Positions 1-14,015 of a DNA stretch of 64,000 nucleotides are shown one piece after another. Source of the stretch: Octopus sinensis (lineage: Eukaryota); NCBI RefSeq assembly GCF_006345805.1, contig NC_042997.1, positions 7,688,001 to 7,752,000 on the forward strand, read 5' to 3'. Numbering within the stretch: position 1 is the stretch's first letter; each line of letters begins with the position of its first letter. The position numbers and the translations under genes were made by a program. The notes beneath the pieces are model-generated. The model searched no databases, was not told where the DNA came from, and was given only the letters and a program-made list of their open reading frames with translations.

Positions 1-386
1 AATCAGTGATGGTTTCTAAAACCTAAACCATTTGCGAATAACTTCGTGCGATTATATCAGAGTTAAATATGTTTTACGGCAAATTATCGGTATATATCCC
101 ACCACAATCGATTCGCTGAAATCTACGTTTAATTTTAGTATTACTAACATACAAGATATTGCAAAGTGCACAGTATTGGAAATTAATACTTCAAAAAGGT
201 TTTCTATACATAGGCCCACGCACAAGCATAATCATGTACTACTAATGAGATGTAATATGCTGATGTGTCAGCTAAATGTATGTCTGCACTTCTATTGCCT
301 TTATTTTAAAAGTAGTTCAGTATATGTTATTATTTTATCTTCGTTTTAGTATAAAAGTTCTAGGTTTGCTTGCTATCATGCACGCA

Positions 387-790
<404 letters not shown>

Positions 791-1069
791 TATGTATAAC
801 CTTCCTGCTGCTGAATCGGTACAGATTGCAATATCATATTTTATATCAATCATCTTGCATAGGGCTGCAGGCTATTCTTCCAAGAACAGCTATTTGAATA
901 ATTTCATTGGACAATGATGCTAAAATCTGCTCGCATGTATCTAAATATCATAGTGGATTTTGGGTCCAAACTAGATTTGCGAGCTTTTTCACATACCAAC
1001 TATTTCCACCTATATACATATGGAAACATATAAGCGCGCACATACACCCCTACATGACCACACATACAC

Positions 1070-1074
1070 ACGCT

Positions 1075-1126
<52 letters not shown>

Positions 1127-1330
1127 TATATATATATACATAGACAAATTGATAGATATATATACATACACATATATGTATATATACACATACATGTACA
1201 CGTATATATTAATATGTAATTACATACCTGCGTATACATACATATATACAAGCAGTTAGTACAAAAACACACACGCATATATGCATGGCTGTATATTAGT
1301 GTGTGTATCTGTATATCTGTATTATTATAT
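1070..1330. repeat. (TA)n/(CA)n microsatellite and low-complexity block
   Basis: Direct tandem dinucleotides. Confidence 0.9.
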
Positions 1331-2559
1331 ATACACATACGTGCATAGATGTGTGCGAATAAAAATCCATAATAATACTTTTGCTCTCTTCTATTACCTC
1401 ACCTTAGGACACGTCTGAAACAAGTTATTCAAATTTCATACCTCTTTTTCAAGGGTGAAATAACAATGGGCCTCTTGGCTATGGATATTGCTAGCTAATA
1501 TGGATGCATTCTATACAGCAATTGATTTCTCAAAATCTTATTTCTTTTTAGGCATTCTTCAATTTTCTCTTGTCTACCTGACCTTTGTGTCTATGTTAAG
1601 TTCGACAAGTTTACCTAAGAAAGTTGTCATATCATTGTTGTTCTTTCTGCTTTTATGTACATCTTGGGAATTTTTGATTTCTTTTTCTATTGAGATAATT
1701 TATATCGTATATCGTATCCTTGTTTTCTTTCTTTTTTTTGTCGTTACGACAATATTAAAAATGCTGCTGCTGCTGCTACCACACTGCTACAACTATGTCT
1801 TCAACTTTTTTCCACTACTAATAATAATATTTCAGCTACTGCTATTACTACTTCTATGACCAATATTACCACCACTACTACAAACAATAAAAATCAGAAT
1901 AATAAACAATAATAGTGATGATAAAATTTTTACACTTCTGTTATTCTTATATTCCTTGTGTGTAGTCCAGAATGAAACACTGATTGTCTGTCGTTAAATT
2001 GCATGTTGAATAATTATTTTTCTGTCTACCTGAATTCTTATGGCAAGAAATTTCCTTAATTCTAATAATTTTGTCTTCCACTTGGTCTCATTGCACACTG
2101 TTTATGTTGAGACAATATTTATGCCATTATGATTGCAAATGAAATCTTTTCTCATTATTATTAATATATCATGTTTTTTTATTAATCGCATATCACTTCA
2201 ACTGCTCAAGAAGATATTGTTAGGATAGGTTACTAATGGATACCGAACCACTGAGATGTATGCGATTGAAACGTTAAAATTAAGTGAACATTTTCAAATT
2301 TCATGTATAGTTGTAATTTTTGGCACTGGATCAGATTTTGTTATTTACCTGTTCCAGAAAAGATTAAAAGTATGTTACAGACGTTTAAATCTCGATAGTT
2401 TTTACCCAATAAGGAAACAGGATTTGCAAACTGCTATTTTGTGTGTGATAGCTATCGATGATAACATTAGAATGACGTTTGAAATTTTCAGGAATTCCAA
2501 TGAAATTTTGGAATAGGCATGTCAATAATAAAAAATGAAAATCCTAAGTTTTTGCGAAA

Positions 2560-3200
2560 AATTCCCAAAAAAAAAACAAACTGTTACACTTTTCATGCAA
2601 TAGATGCAACGCAGTTGTTCAATGTCAAAAGTCGAAAATGATATGAATCTATTTCGGAAAAGTGAGAGTTGTCCTCCACAAGTTACTGAAAATTATGGTT
2701 CGTGGAAGACTCAACTGACGTATGCATTCATCCAATATTTCGCGACTCCGCTATGGTTCTGCATAAAGAAAAACATATCTGGTCCTGCGACACTGTCCTC
2801 CAAACTTCCAGTGCTCAAGTAGCAAGCACCGTTCCTCGGTTTCCTTTTCCGTTTGAGAAGACTTCTGTCTATCTCAACAATCATCCCAGGACCGCCTACC
2901 TGAACTAGATTGCAGGGCACGTCCTCTGCACATATTACACGCACATAGCTCTTGTAATCAACAGTTGTGTATTGGGTGATCCCTCAGTTTTTCAACACAT
3001 AACGGGGATGAAGTCAATTCCTCGAATCGTGGTTAAAGAAAAGAAGCACCACCTTCTAACCGTGTACCTTTTCTGACACAGACTCGTTGCATCCTCCTCG
3101 GGATCACTGCCAGTATATTTTCATGCAAAGCACCTTTTTGTTGGTATAGTGGCTTTTTTGTACATAATTTTGTTTTAGGGATACATCATTTTCTTTAAAG
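2560..3200 (-). mobile_element. Merlin (IS1595/ISXO2-like) DNA transposase relic
   Basis: Minus strand reads ...RYTVRRWCFFS...TTVDYKSYVRVICAEDVPCNLVQVGGPGMIVEIDRSLLKRKRK, matching the Merlin GGPG-x-IVEIDES-x-KRKYNRGR motif; stops and frameshifts present; TIRs not found. Confidence 0.75.
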
Positions 3201-3634
3201 TGAAAAACTATATCCTCTCTTTTTTCAATTTTTCCATCATATTCGAAAAGTTAAACTAGTTGTCGTCTGTTATACATCTATTTAGAGTGAAAGGGCCCAG
3301 GAAAACACTAAAAAAATGTGGTATTGAAAGGAGAGCAACCGGAAATATCCGTTCGTTTCTCAAAAAGAAAAAAAGGAACAAAGAACAACATGGCTGTAAG
3401 TAATAAAAATGAGGTTGTACAAACGATCAGAAAATAAGCACTTGTCACATAAAATAGTAAAGGGAAGAAAAATATACATTTTAAGCAGACGATACAATGG
3501 CCTGTTATAATGGAAACAGGTACCAATATGTATGTGGGTTTCGTTTGGCTAAAAAAATTTTTACATTGTATATTTTAAAGCTATTAACTTTTTTTTTATA
3601 TATTAACGTATTTCAAAAAAGTATTGTACCAAAT

Positions 3635-3831
3635 ATTCTTTTAATCGTCTCAGTCATTTGACTGCGGCCATGCTGGAGCCCCGTCTTTAGTCGAACAAAT
3701 CTACCTTAGACCCTATTCTTTGCAAGCCCAGTACTTATTCTATCGTTCTCTTTTGCCGAACCGCTACGTTACGGGGACTAAACACACCAACACCTGTTGT
3801 CAAACGATGATGATGGGGGACAAACAAAGAT

Positions 3832-3864
<33 letters not shown>

Positions 3865-3866
3865 TA

Positions 3867-3947
<81 letters not shown>

Positions 3948-4110
3948 CGACATGCATTTTTCAGTTTCTGGCTAACAAATAAACTCACAAGGTTTTGGTC
4001 AGCCGCAGCTATAGTAGAAGACAATTGCCCAAGGTGCCGTGCAGTGGGACTGAACCTGTAATCATGTGGTTGGTAAGCAAGTTACTTACCATACAGCCGC
4101 TACTGCCCCT
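3635..4110 (-). mobile_element. tRNA-derived SINE, family 1, full length with internal CA/TA microsatellite
   Basis: The reverse complement has a tRNA-like head (GGCTGTATGGTAAG...GGTTCAGTCCCACTGC), the body CCTTGGGCAA.TGTCTTCTACTATAG and the tail CCAGCATGGCCGCAGTCAAATGACTG; collinear with the copy at 15511-15910. Confidence 0.9.
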
Positions 4111-6126
4111 ATATATGAAATACGAGAATAATTTGTTAACGTCATTATGATTCCAAGTCAAAAATATATGGTTGTAAATGGTACGACAGATAAAATGTTA
4201 ATAATTATAAAATTTATACACACCTTCGTCCCAAGATAATTATTTGCTGATATATCTCTAGTATATAGCATATAAGTGAATGTATGTGTGCAATTATACT
4301 TGTTTGCATGCATCCATATATGCATGTCCGTGTGCATGTATGTATGTGTGTTAGCTGTGAAATAATGATCTGGTCCACGAATTGTTTATTGTTTTCTGTA
4401 GCTAGGATTAATATTAGCAACTTTAGATCATGAAAGCTCATATACGGTCCAGTACACTGCAATGACCTTTCTGCTAATTGTTAAGGAAAATAACGGTTGG
4501 AGGAAAATATAGGAGCGTTGGTTTCATATGTTTTATTTGTTTTTGTATAACCAATGCCTATTAATTGTAGTTTGACGCAAAAAAGTGAAGGAATGAAATA
4601 TCGGCGCACAAATTATTACTAGTACGACTGCGTCAAAGCTACACATTATAGTGATATTTCTCCAAAGTTGTAACAAATTCTTTTAGGAAAATTCAGCACC
4701 AAGTTGTAAAAGAACAATAACAGAGCCTTAATTGATTTCGCACTTCTTCCAACACTGCAGTCGATCATACAACCCACTAATTCCATTACTCAGTGAAATT
4801 GTTGATGAGTGTTGTCCGTTCTTTAGCCAAAAGTAATTAAAATACTATAGAAAAGGAAAAATACAGAGTAAAATGCACGTATTAAATAACATTTGTCTTC
4901 AAAATCTGCTGATTCTTTTAGGAGACTAATTAAAGGTGAGGCACTAAAATTTATTGCTATTTTTAATGCTTTGACTTTATTGCATTTAATGATTTTAGAG
5001 ATACTGAGGAATGAGAAGTAGAGAAAGAAAAGAAAACGAAATTAAGATCTGTGAAGATGTGCTGGGCGAAATTCGTTAGTGAAGAGCATTATTATTACTA
5101 TCGTTGTTGTGCTGGTGTTGGTTGTGGTGGTAATGCTCTTGCTGTTGTTGTTGCTAGCTGAAGAAGGCGAAAAATAAAGATTATGTGGTGCACGCTGATA
5201 CATAGGAGATGAAAACGGACAGAATAAAAATCTGTGCAGGATCAATACCGAAAACACCCGCCCAGTCTGGACCTACTACGTGGTTAACGAATCTTCTGGA
5301 AATTACAGCACAAATTCTTAAATTCAAACGCACCTTTTAGATATGGTAGGACTCGTTAGATTGTGTACTCTGAAATATAATGTAAATCTTAATCACCATT
5401 AGCAGTAATGTGATTTTCCTAATAGGTTTCTCAACTGAATTCTTTTCAGGTATATATTTGTTACAAAAATAAGTTACTTTCAGGAAAATTGAAAATAAGA
5501 AAAAGTCGGGAGAAGTATAACGGGCTTGGATAAAGATAGCATATAACGGATAATAAACATTTGGAAAAACATTGTTTTCAAGATATATTTGATAGTATGA
5601 CTTATATATGTTTTATTGTTTAATCCGGAAACCATATGATGAAGCAGAAACGCAATAAAAAACATTCTCACCGTCGCCTCAGAATCATTTTGTTGCTATT
5701 ATTGAAAAGTGTCGTAAGTTCAAAAATGCTTTCTCAGCAAACGAAAAAATAGTTTCACCATTCCATAGCAAAACCGTTCTACCACATTTTTTTGATATCT
5801 TGCCATTTGAAGCAGCTCGAGATACGATAGTTTGACAAAAAGTACCGGCAATTGCTAGTAAAAATAAATATTCAAAGAATCGCATTTGGCCAAAGTTTGG
5901 ATATACGGCAGTTTAATACAGTAGCAACGATGTGTTCAAGTGCATAATCCAGTACACCTTTGCTTGAATATATATTTAAAGAGTAGATTACGTTTACGGT
6001 TGATGTTTACTTCTATAACTTCCAGGTAATTTCCATTTAGATTTTACCAGCTTTGCTTGTTTTATTATACGCTTTAATGCTTTACTGTAATATATTCATT
6101 ATTTTATGTTGTAAGTCGAATGTAAG

Positions 6127-6318
6127 TAAGCTGACAGAATTGCTTCCGCACCGCGGAAAAGCGTTTAGCGGTATTTCTGGTGACATTACGTTCTGAGTTC
6201 AAATGCCATCGATTCGGATTGTCATTTATTACTTCGAGATCGAAAACATCAGCTGAGGTCAAAATAATCGACTCATCCCATCCCACTGAATTGTTGCCTT
6301 TGTGCCAAAATTTGAACC
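6127..6318 (+). mobile_element. tRNA-derived SINE, family 2 (diverged)
   Basis: GCTGACAGAAT...GCGGTATTTC...TACGTTCTGAGTTCAAAT; homologous to 61051-61270 and 12070-12215. Confidence 0.75.
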
Positions 6319-7299
6319 ATGTCGAAATGTAAATTTAGAAAAAAAAGCATACATGTAGAAATGCTAACTGATATTCGATTTATGATTGTATATACTGCTA
6401 AGATTTCATTATGATTAATGAAGAGAGACTTTAGCAGTTTCAATTCATAGTAATCATAAAGAACCCTATTAATTTCATGCAACATATACGACATTCAGTA
6501 ACGAAGGAAACTGAATAAGTCTTATTCCCAAAACTGGACTATTTTAGCATCATATGATTACGTTTTAAACATGGACACATTTCAATTTGTAGTGTATGCT
6601 TTTATCAAAGATAATAATTTTTGAAATGCCCAGTTACCAAATGTACACCTTGATAATTACAATATTGAAAGAGGTGGTTTTATATATTAATCACACTCAG
6701 CAAACAGTTCCATTATTCAGTTATTCCAGTCGTATAAATTTAGTCAATTTATATCATCCTCAGTAAATTAAATATTGCTTTTAGTGAATATCTCATAATA
6801 GGTTCTTAATCTAATGACTTGTAAATATGCATATAAGATCTATTTTTTTAAAGTACAATGGCAAAAGAAGGGAAACAAATAATGCATCTTGATAAACTTA
6901 TGTCACATAAACTAAACTACAACAAACTATTTGTTATATGTTCGTAATTTGAAAGTCACTACTATAGGAATATAGGAAACATAATACGGAAAATAAATAA
7001 AAAGCATATTTAAGAAACTTTCCGTGGATATTTCTCAATTTCTATAACATCCCTAGATACCGAAGTCAACTCGCCTTCATTTATCCTAACTGAAGTTTCT
7101 CTTATAGCCGTGATTCTGCGACGATGTGAGAAAACAAAAACAGTTGAAATAACAGAGCTTCGATTACATGTTTTCTTCCTTCGAAGTACTTATATTTTAG
7201 TAACCCGAATAACTGTCAATTCTGAACTTATAAAATCAACTACCGTCTTATACACGTTTGTGTGTGTGTCTCAAACTTTGCACAGACGCCTGACCCTTG

Positions 7300-7880
7300 C
7301 TCCAAGTACGTATATGTACACATATTTATCTCTAGTATGTAAGTATATTTATGTATCTATACACGTATGTACCTGAATATATATATATATAGTTTCTATA
7401 CATATATATATATATATTCGTCCATACGTGAGCCTATGCGCGTATATCTAGTTGTATGTATATGCCCATATATTTGAATGTGCGTGTGTGAGTGCGTGTG
7501 TATATATGCGTGTATATATATATGTATATATGTGCGTGTGTATGCGTGTATCTGTGTATGCATATGTGTGTCTAAGCACTAACACAAAATTTTTCGTCTA
7601 GGTATTATCTTCCGGTCAACTTCTACTTCCTTTTCTTTCTGTTAACAGTTACAAGAGCGAAAGCCCATTACGTCATTTTCCCTAAACTAGAATGTATGCT
7701 TTCCACGTTCATATTTGAATTTTCTGCGTATGTATGAGATATATAGGTATCAGATACGTATATATGAACATAAACTCGATGCTGTATAAATATGTGGGTA
7801 TGTATGTAATGTATGAGTGAACGCATGTGTGTTGTGTGCAAGAGCGCGCATGTGTGTGTGCATATATATTATATATAAGT
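7300..7880. repeat. TA/TG low-complexity microsatellite region
   Basis: Direct inspection. Confidence 0.85.
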
Positions 7881-8649
7881 GTGAATGTGTCTATCATGGG
7901 TGATAACTGACACGTCAGTGTACTATTAATATAGCTGGTGCCAAACTTAATTTAAATCCTGCTTAAACATAACTATAACCATAAAGTAACTGTGATGAGA
8001 GACGTTTAATATCATTACTCAACAGGTCTCGTCTATATCGCCCTCCCAGGCAGTTTCACCTGTATTTATTCTCTCTTTTGCTTTTCTAGAAACCTTACCC
8101 CGCTTTAAGTTTAAATACGTGGTAAAATAAAGCTACCTATGGTTCAATAGGTAGAAGGTAAAAAGAGGGTAATATAGTTTAAGTATTTAGAATACTTTTC
8201 ATTGCGTGTGGAAGCTTGTCCTCAAATCTATTCATAATCATCAAAGTGCATAAAAGTTGAATGGAATCTATCTTTACAAGAGTTGGTGGCACCCGAAAAT
8301 TCATTCAATTGTGAGGAATTATCGAGGCTCAGGATATTTAGTGATTTTTTATGTATAGTTTGCATTTACCTATATTTGTATCATGAGGGGTAATTTTTCC
8401 TAATATGAGCCAAGTGGGTGTATAGTATCTTTTGAAACTTGAGGTTATATATGAAGTCAAAAATTTAGATTTTCACTTATTCAAGGAACGTAAATGAGCT
8501 CCATAACAACGCTTCAAATCTATAGTTCTGCCAATGTTGACCTTTGCTTGGTATTTATTTGCCTGGTGTCATTACACGTCTTTTGTAAATCACATTTTTG
8601 CGCAAACAAAAGCCCGCAAGCAGTTATGAATTAGGAATGAGAAAATTAT

Positions 8650-9200
8650 AGTTTAGTTATTTTTGTTCCACTGTTGGTTTTTCTGGTTTCCTGAGATTAG
8701 ACCCGATCGGCCTGCTAGTAGTAGGGGTGGACTAGTAATGCCATCTATGTTAATATTAGATAGGGTTGTTGTGTTGGAATTAAAATGTACGGTCTCGTAT
8801 AAAGGGTTTTGGAATACTAATTTGAATTTAGTAAACGGAGGAAGGTTATTACTGATCATGGTGTCTGGATTAATATGGGGTGCAGTATCAGAATTTGAGT
8901 GTGTAGCAGTCTGAAGTTGGAGTTTACGTTTATTTAGAGAGGCTATTCTGGATCCTAAGTTTTGAAGTGTTGAAGTAAGATATTTTTACTGATGATTTAT
9001 AAAAAATACAATACTATTTATGCTGCGTAAAATTCGATTTCAGAATTTAAGAAAATAATTTAGGTGAAGTTTTAAACTGGAGAGAGAAGGGCAGTGCAAA
9101 CCATAAGATTTTGTTTGTTAGTCTTAGAATATTTGGCTACATTGGACTGGTCAGGGGTAGGAAATTTATCATTACTATAAGTTTTAGGTGGCCCCTGGTA
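8650..9200 (-). mobile_element. Old, heavily stop-interrupted ORF relic, possibly a PLE N-terminal region
   Basis: Minus-strand fragments LRLTNKILWFALPFSLQFKTSPKLF / NRILRSINSIVF; resemblance only, many stops. Confidence 0.3.
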
Positions 9201-11158
9201 TAGGCGAGGACGATTTAAATGGGGTTTTTTTATGGAGTTGTTATAGAGCCCGGATTAATGTGTGTGTATATATAGTTGACTTTATAAATGTATATACATA
9301 TGTATATATTCAAATATATGTATATTATCTCTCTCACTCGTTCTGTATATAAATATATATATACACACACACACATATATATGTATATATATATATATAT
9401 TCACAAGTCCTGGATCTGTACCTAAGTGATAAGTGCTAACGAACGAAGCTCTTCACGTTTGAATCATTCTCCTACAAAATATTAATAAAATATATGCACA
9501 ATTATTCATACGTAATTTTACCAACTGTATACATATTGAAAGATTTTTAAATCAGTGTTTATCAATATATATTTAATTAAAAATATCTAATAGAATCTAC
9601 AGGAAGCATTTACTTTTTTATGAACTCCTTTCTTTCAGGCAGAACCATTAACACGAAGTAATGGAAAGGCTACAATAACAAACAATTCATTCGGTATTTA
9701 TGCACATTCTTCCTCTACGACTGCCCTTATGTTGGCTGAGCCCAGTATTGTACAGTAACGTTTATCTCTCAAATATTCTCATCATACAAAATCCAGTGGT
9801 GCGTGACCAGGTGGATGCGAAATGCATTTCTACTGTACCTCTTCGTACAATTCACCAAGCTAGAGAATTTTAGAATATATTTGAGTGATCTACTTTGAAT
9901 CGAATTGAAAATGTGAAGGTATAGCATTTGGTACTGTATGCCACACGGGCATGTGAACTGCATCACCTAATTGTTATGTTACACAAAATTACAGAAACAT
10001 CAAAGGCATAGTATCAAAACAGACATTAGATTCTTCAGTGTCGATTAATCCCTGAATTACTCTGGATCTTGTTTTATCGACAAGGTACGTCGTCTATGAA
10101 GAGATTTGAACCGCAAAATATGAAACGCATTGTATATAGTCTTATCGATTCTTCAATCCATTGATCCTAATAAACAAAATATATTAAAAATATAGTTAAT
10201 GCATTATATACAAACACACACATTTATTCAAATGAATTCTGTTACTTCTAAAAAATCATGAAATAAAAGAATAGCGTAGTATAACCTGTTTCTTTGATAT
10301 TATTGAATGCTAATGTAGTGAAAAGAATTACAATAAAAAGCTGGCAGTTATATGGCGCTATACGTTAGAGTTTATTATCCAGCTATTTCAAATATATATT
10401 CAGCTTCATCGGAATTATAATCTTTGAAACACGTGGAAATAAAACATAACTGGATATAGATTCTTAGGAAAAAGGGAAGCACTATCATAAGGCATAATCC
10501 CCAAATGGATTGCATAACAAAAGTGATAAATGTCAACAAAATATTTATGAGCCTTAAAGGCCCTGCGCATTTGCAGAAGATCAGGTATTTTATTTGCAAC
10601 GGAATACAATACACACGCGCATCAAAGTACATACATGAAACCTATGCATCAAACAAATGCTTGTACTAATCCACACCATTGTATAGAAACATGCTATTAC
10701 GATATATTCACAGCAGCAAGCACTTTGGAGAATATTCTTCTATTGGAAACAAGTAACTATATTTCTAATATTTCGAACGCTTTTGTGTTTCAAACAGGGA
10801 TGAATTTGGCTCAGTCTCATTTGCTTGTCTTTTTCGTCTTTATACGTGTGGTTAAGTAGGTCTTAACTACTGCGCATATAAGCTTATATGTAAGTGGTAA
10901 AAATATTGTCACTTTATATAGGGTATCCGCGAAAGTGTATTGTCAAACTTTGCATCTGGTTTTAAATTCGGCTCAGAGGAATTCAATCAATGCTTATGTT
11001 ATACTCAGAAGTCGTTTACATTTATTACAAAATATTTGTCCACAAATAACAAACATGATACATAAACACACACATACACAGACAGAAACACGCACACATA
11101 CACATAAGTATGTGAATGTATTCATGCATACACACATAGACACACAATATATGATCAC

Positions 11159-11588
11159 AATTTAGGTTACTTGAAATATATTTGTCATATATTTCAACTA
11201 CTAAAGGCAGTTACCATGGAGAAACAAATCTCTCTTATGGTAAAAAGATGCTCATACCTAAATACTTCTTTTCGTCAATGCTTCGTTTTGTATCTCAATC
11301 GGGCGAACTGCTAGCGCAAATCAGTCAACGTATTCTCTGAATTATATATAAAGCTACAAGGTTTATTTAGTTCGTTCAGAGTTGCTTCTCTGAGGTAGAT
11401 CTCTTTGACAAGAGTAAGAAAACTGGAAACATCAATGTCTGAGATTCCGGACAGATAGCGATACCGAACGAACTAGGTGCTTTCAAACCTTCTTACCATA
11501 AGAGAGATTCTTTTCTCCACGGTAATTGCTGTGTGTTTGCCTTTAGTAGTCGAAGTATGGGACAAACATATTTCAACTAACCTAAATT
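11159..11588. mobile_element. Non-autonomous element with ~90-100 bp imperfect terminal inverted repeats
   Basis: 11159-11247 (AATTTAGGTTACTTGAAATAT...CTACTAAAGGC...GGAGAAACAAATCTCTCTTATGGTAA) is the reverse complement of 11489-11588, apart from substitutions and one ~11-nt indel. Confidence 0.85.
11397..11446 (+). ncRNA. Type I hammerhead ribozyme, U3-A8 variant (one stem II mismatch)
   Basis: AGATCTCT-TTGACAA-GAGT aagaa AACTG-GAAAC-AT ca AT-GTC-TGAGATT: core UUGACAA, GAAAC, 4-bp stem III, GUC cleavage triplet, and stem I AGATCTC/GAGATT. Confidence 0.7.
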
Positions 11589-12069
11589 ATGCTCATACCG
11601 AAACACTGCTTTGCGCCAATGCTTCGTGATACATAATATATAACTTTATTGATACACATATATGATGAACGGTTACGAAAAACTGAATAACAGTTTGTAA
11701 AATTGTATATGCGTGTGTATGTGTGTGGTTTATGTATATGCATATATGTATGTACATATATATGTATGTATACGCATGTGTATATACAATATGGATGTAT
11801 GTAGATATGCATGTACGCATGTATGTATCATTAATTACACTGTTTCCGTTGCTGAATAATCAATGTATGAAAGAGGGAACGCATTGTACTCCGTATGTAC
11901 ACAGCTTTTGAATTACACATCGAACTAGCCATCCAGATTTGTACTACATAACATTTGTAGGGAAATATTATATGAAGAAAATATGGCGATTACAACGTTA
12001 TCATTTCTAAAACAGATAAATATAAGTTTTGAACATATACATGGAGCCATGTTATATTTTCTAAACACC

Positions 12070-12215
12070 TATACGTCCGTCATTTCGTTCTGAGTTCGAA
12101 TTCCACCGAGCTCGACATTGCCTTTCATACTTTCGGGGTCGATAAATTAAGTACCAGTCAAGTACTGGGTCGATATGATTGTTTTCCCCATCCCTAAAAT
12201 ATTTGACCATGACAC
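12070..12215 (+). mobile_element. SINE family 2, 5'-truncated
   Basis: CGTTCTGAGTTCGAATTCC...TTGCCTTTCATACTTTCGGGGTCGATAAATTAAGTACCAG matches 61120-61200. Confidence 0.85.
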
Positions 12216-13249
12216 ATTAACATAACGTCAGTGTGCAGAATAAAAATCCTCTGCAATCAGAACTTGACATATACCACAATAAAGAACAAACAAAATCTGC
12301 GAAACATCATATATAGGTATAATTATTATCCCGTCACAAGTATTGTCTTAAACTGTTTAAAGAAGTATTACAATATGCAATACAAACTATCAGGAGAACA
12401 TTATTATACAACTGGCGTTAAGAGGATTTCATTTGCAATATAATTCCATAGCACCCATAGTCTGTATTTAGATGAGGTATCATCTCAATACAAATACGAG
12501 AACGCGTCCGATTTACGACTGCAACAACTCTCTTTCTGCATTATAATGTCAATTTAGCTGTATAACTATTCATAACTGAAATATGAATTGCAAATTGCCA
12601 GGCATAGAATACTTCAAGGTGCGTAGTGTAATATCTTTACAATTTATTCTAAAGAGTACAATGCTATCAACCAACGTAGACACGATTAAGAAATAGTCTG
12701 ATTGAAAAGAGCAAATATCTCATGAAATGAACGTGATGCAAATTATATTGCCTCGTACGAAAAGAAAGAGCGTACAGTTCCAGATATCGTAAACTCCACT
12801 AAGAAATCAAAGAACCGGAACACATTGTAACTGGTTTTCGTAACGTGATAAAGAGGAGCGAGATGGTCATTCAGAGTATGCTTTAAGATAGAGCAGAAAA
12901 TCGTACTGCTAAGTTGGAAAACACCCATCCCCAGCTAGCTGCCAGAATACCGACTCATGTGGTCGAAAATAGTATTAAGCAGCAGAGGTAGATTCTATTT
13001 CGTGACTAAGGACACCTCTTTATGTAAGAGCTAAGAATCTGAGACTTACCGCACATGATAAAATCAGCTGCTCGCGGAGTGTACGATAGAAAAAATATGA
13101 ATCGATTAATACATAGTATATACTTTAAGGGTTAAACCCCAAATTATGTAATTAGAACTATACCAATCCTGAAGCGTTTTTTACTGTATAATCTTAAGGT
13201 TTTCACTCTTCCGTCAAATTTCACAAAAAACAATAGCTTAGGTTTCAAT

Positions 13250-14015
13250 GTTCACAGCATTGAAATTATTTTTTATCTGATTCGGATGTGTATACATTCA
13301 AGAAGAGCCTGGAAGCTCTTTGAGAGATTCCAAACATACCAATGTCCCGTAAGTATTCCAACTCCTATAGTAACATTACCAATTGCAAAGGTGTTGTTCC
13401 AGCATTGCAACACAACGTCGCATGTGAATAAAAGAAAAGGATTAAAAAAATATAGCTATATAGAAACTCAGCTGTAAGAACCCAGAAACTTGGCTCAGTA
13501 CATGTGTGCCTGTACATATCAGAAGTTCAAATGTTGGTTAATAATCGCAGTTAAAAGAATAGACTGATTCATTATTTACTATGCATACTTCTATCTTAAT
13601 GGCTACAAAAGTATACATTACAGAAGTGTAATAAAACTAGTGATAGGTTTGCTGATCCAATGTGTTGACATTTGAATTATTATTATACGAGTAAGTGTTG
13701 AAGTATAAGTGTGAATTTCAGAAGTATATGTATATAAGTTCTAAAAAGTAGGGGAAAATGACAGTTGGAGAAGGCCTACCTGAGAGCATCCTGTACTGCT
13801 ATTTCAAGGTCTGTCAGTGAATACTCAGGGGAAAAGTTAGAGCAACGAGGCTGTATAACTTCCCACAAGCGGTCATAAATGACTTGAGTTTTAAATGGAA
13901 GAAGGACATAAAAACAGGTTAATACTAAGCTGTGCTTTATGAAGTGCACCGATTGTCTTGGCGTTCTTGTGAATGAACAATAACTCTTGAAGTATGCATA
14001 TACACCCATCAACAT
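13250..14015 (-). mobile_element. MULE (Mutator-like) transposase relic
   Basis: LMGVYAYFKSYCS...CFYVLLPFKTQVIYDRLWEVI...PEYSLTDLEIAVQDALR*AFSNC resembles the MULE domain DGTFK...YALLPxKTQxxYxRL...DFExA...FP; downstream WNLSKSFQALLECIH resembles the C-terminal WHxxF...HP motif. Confidence 0.7.

Noticed and set aside
9425-9460. Minus-strand GTGAAGA-GC...GC HHR-like start upstream of the PLE-like relic
   Set aside because: No GAAA or NUH follows; too degenerate.
10375-10632. Hydrophobic minus-strand ORF resembling a membrane protein
   Set aside because: No recognisable motif or convincing splice signals; AT-rich DNA readily gives F/I/L-rich frames.
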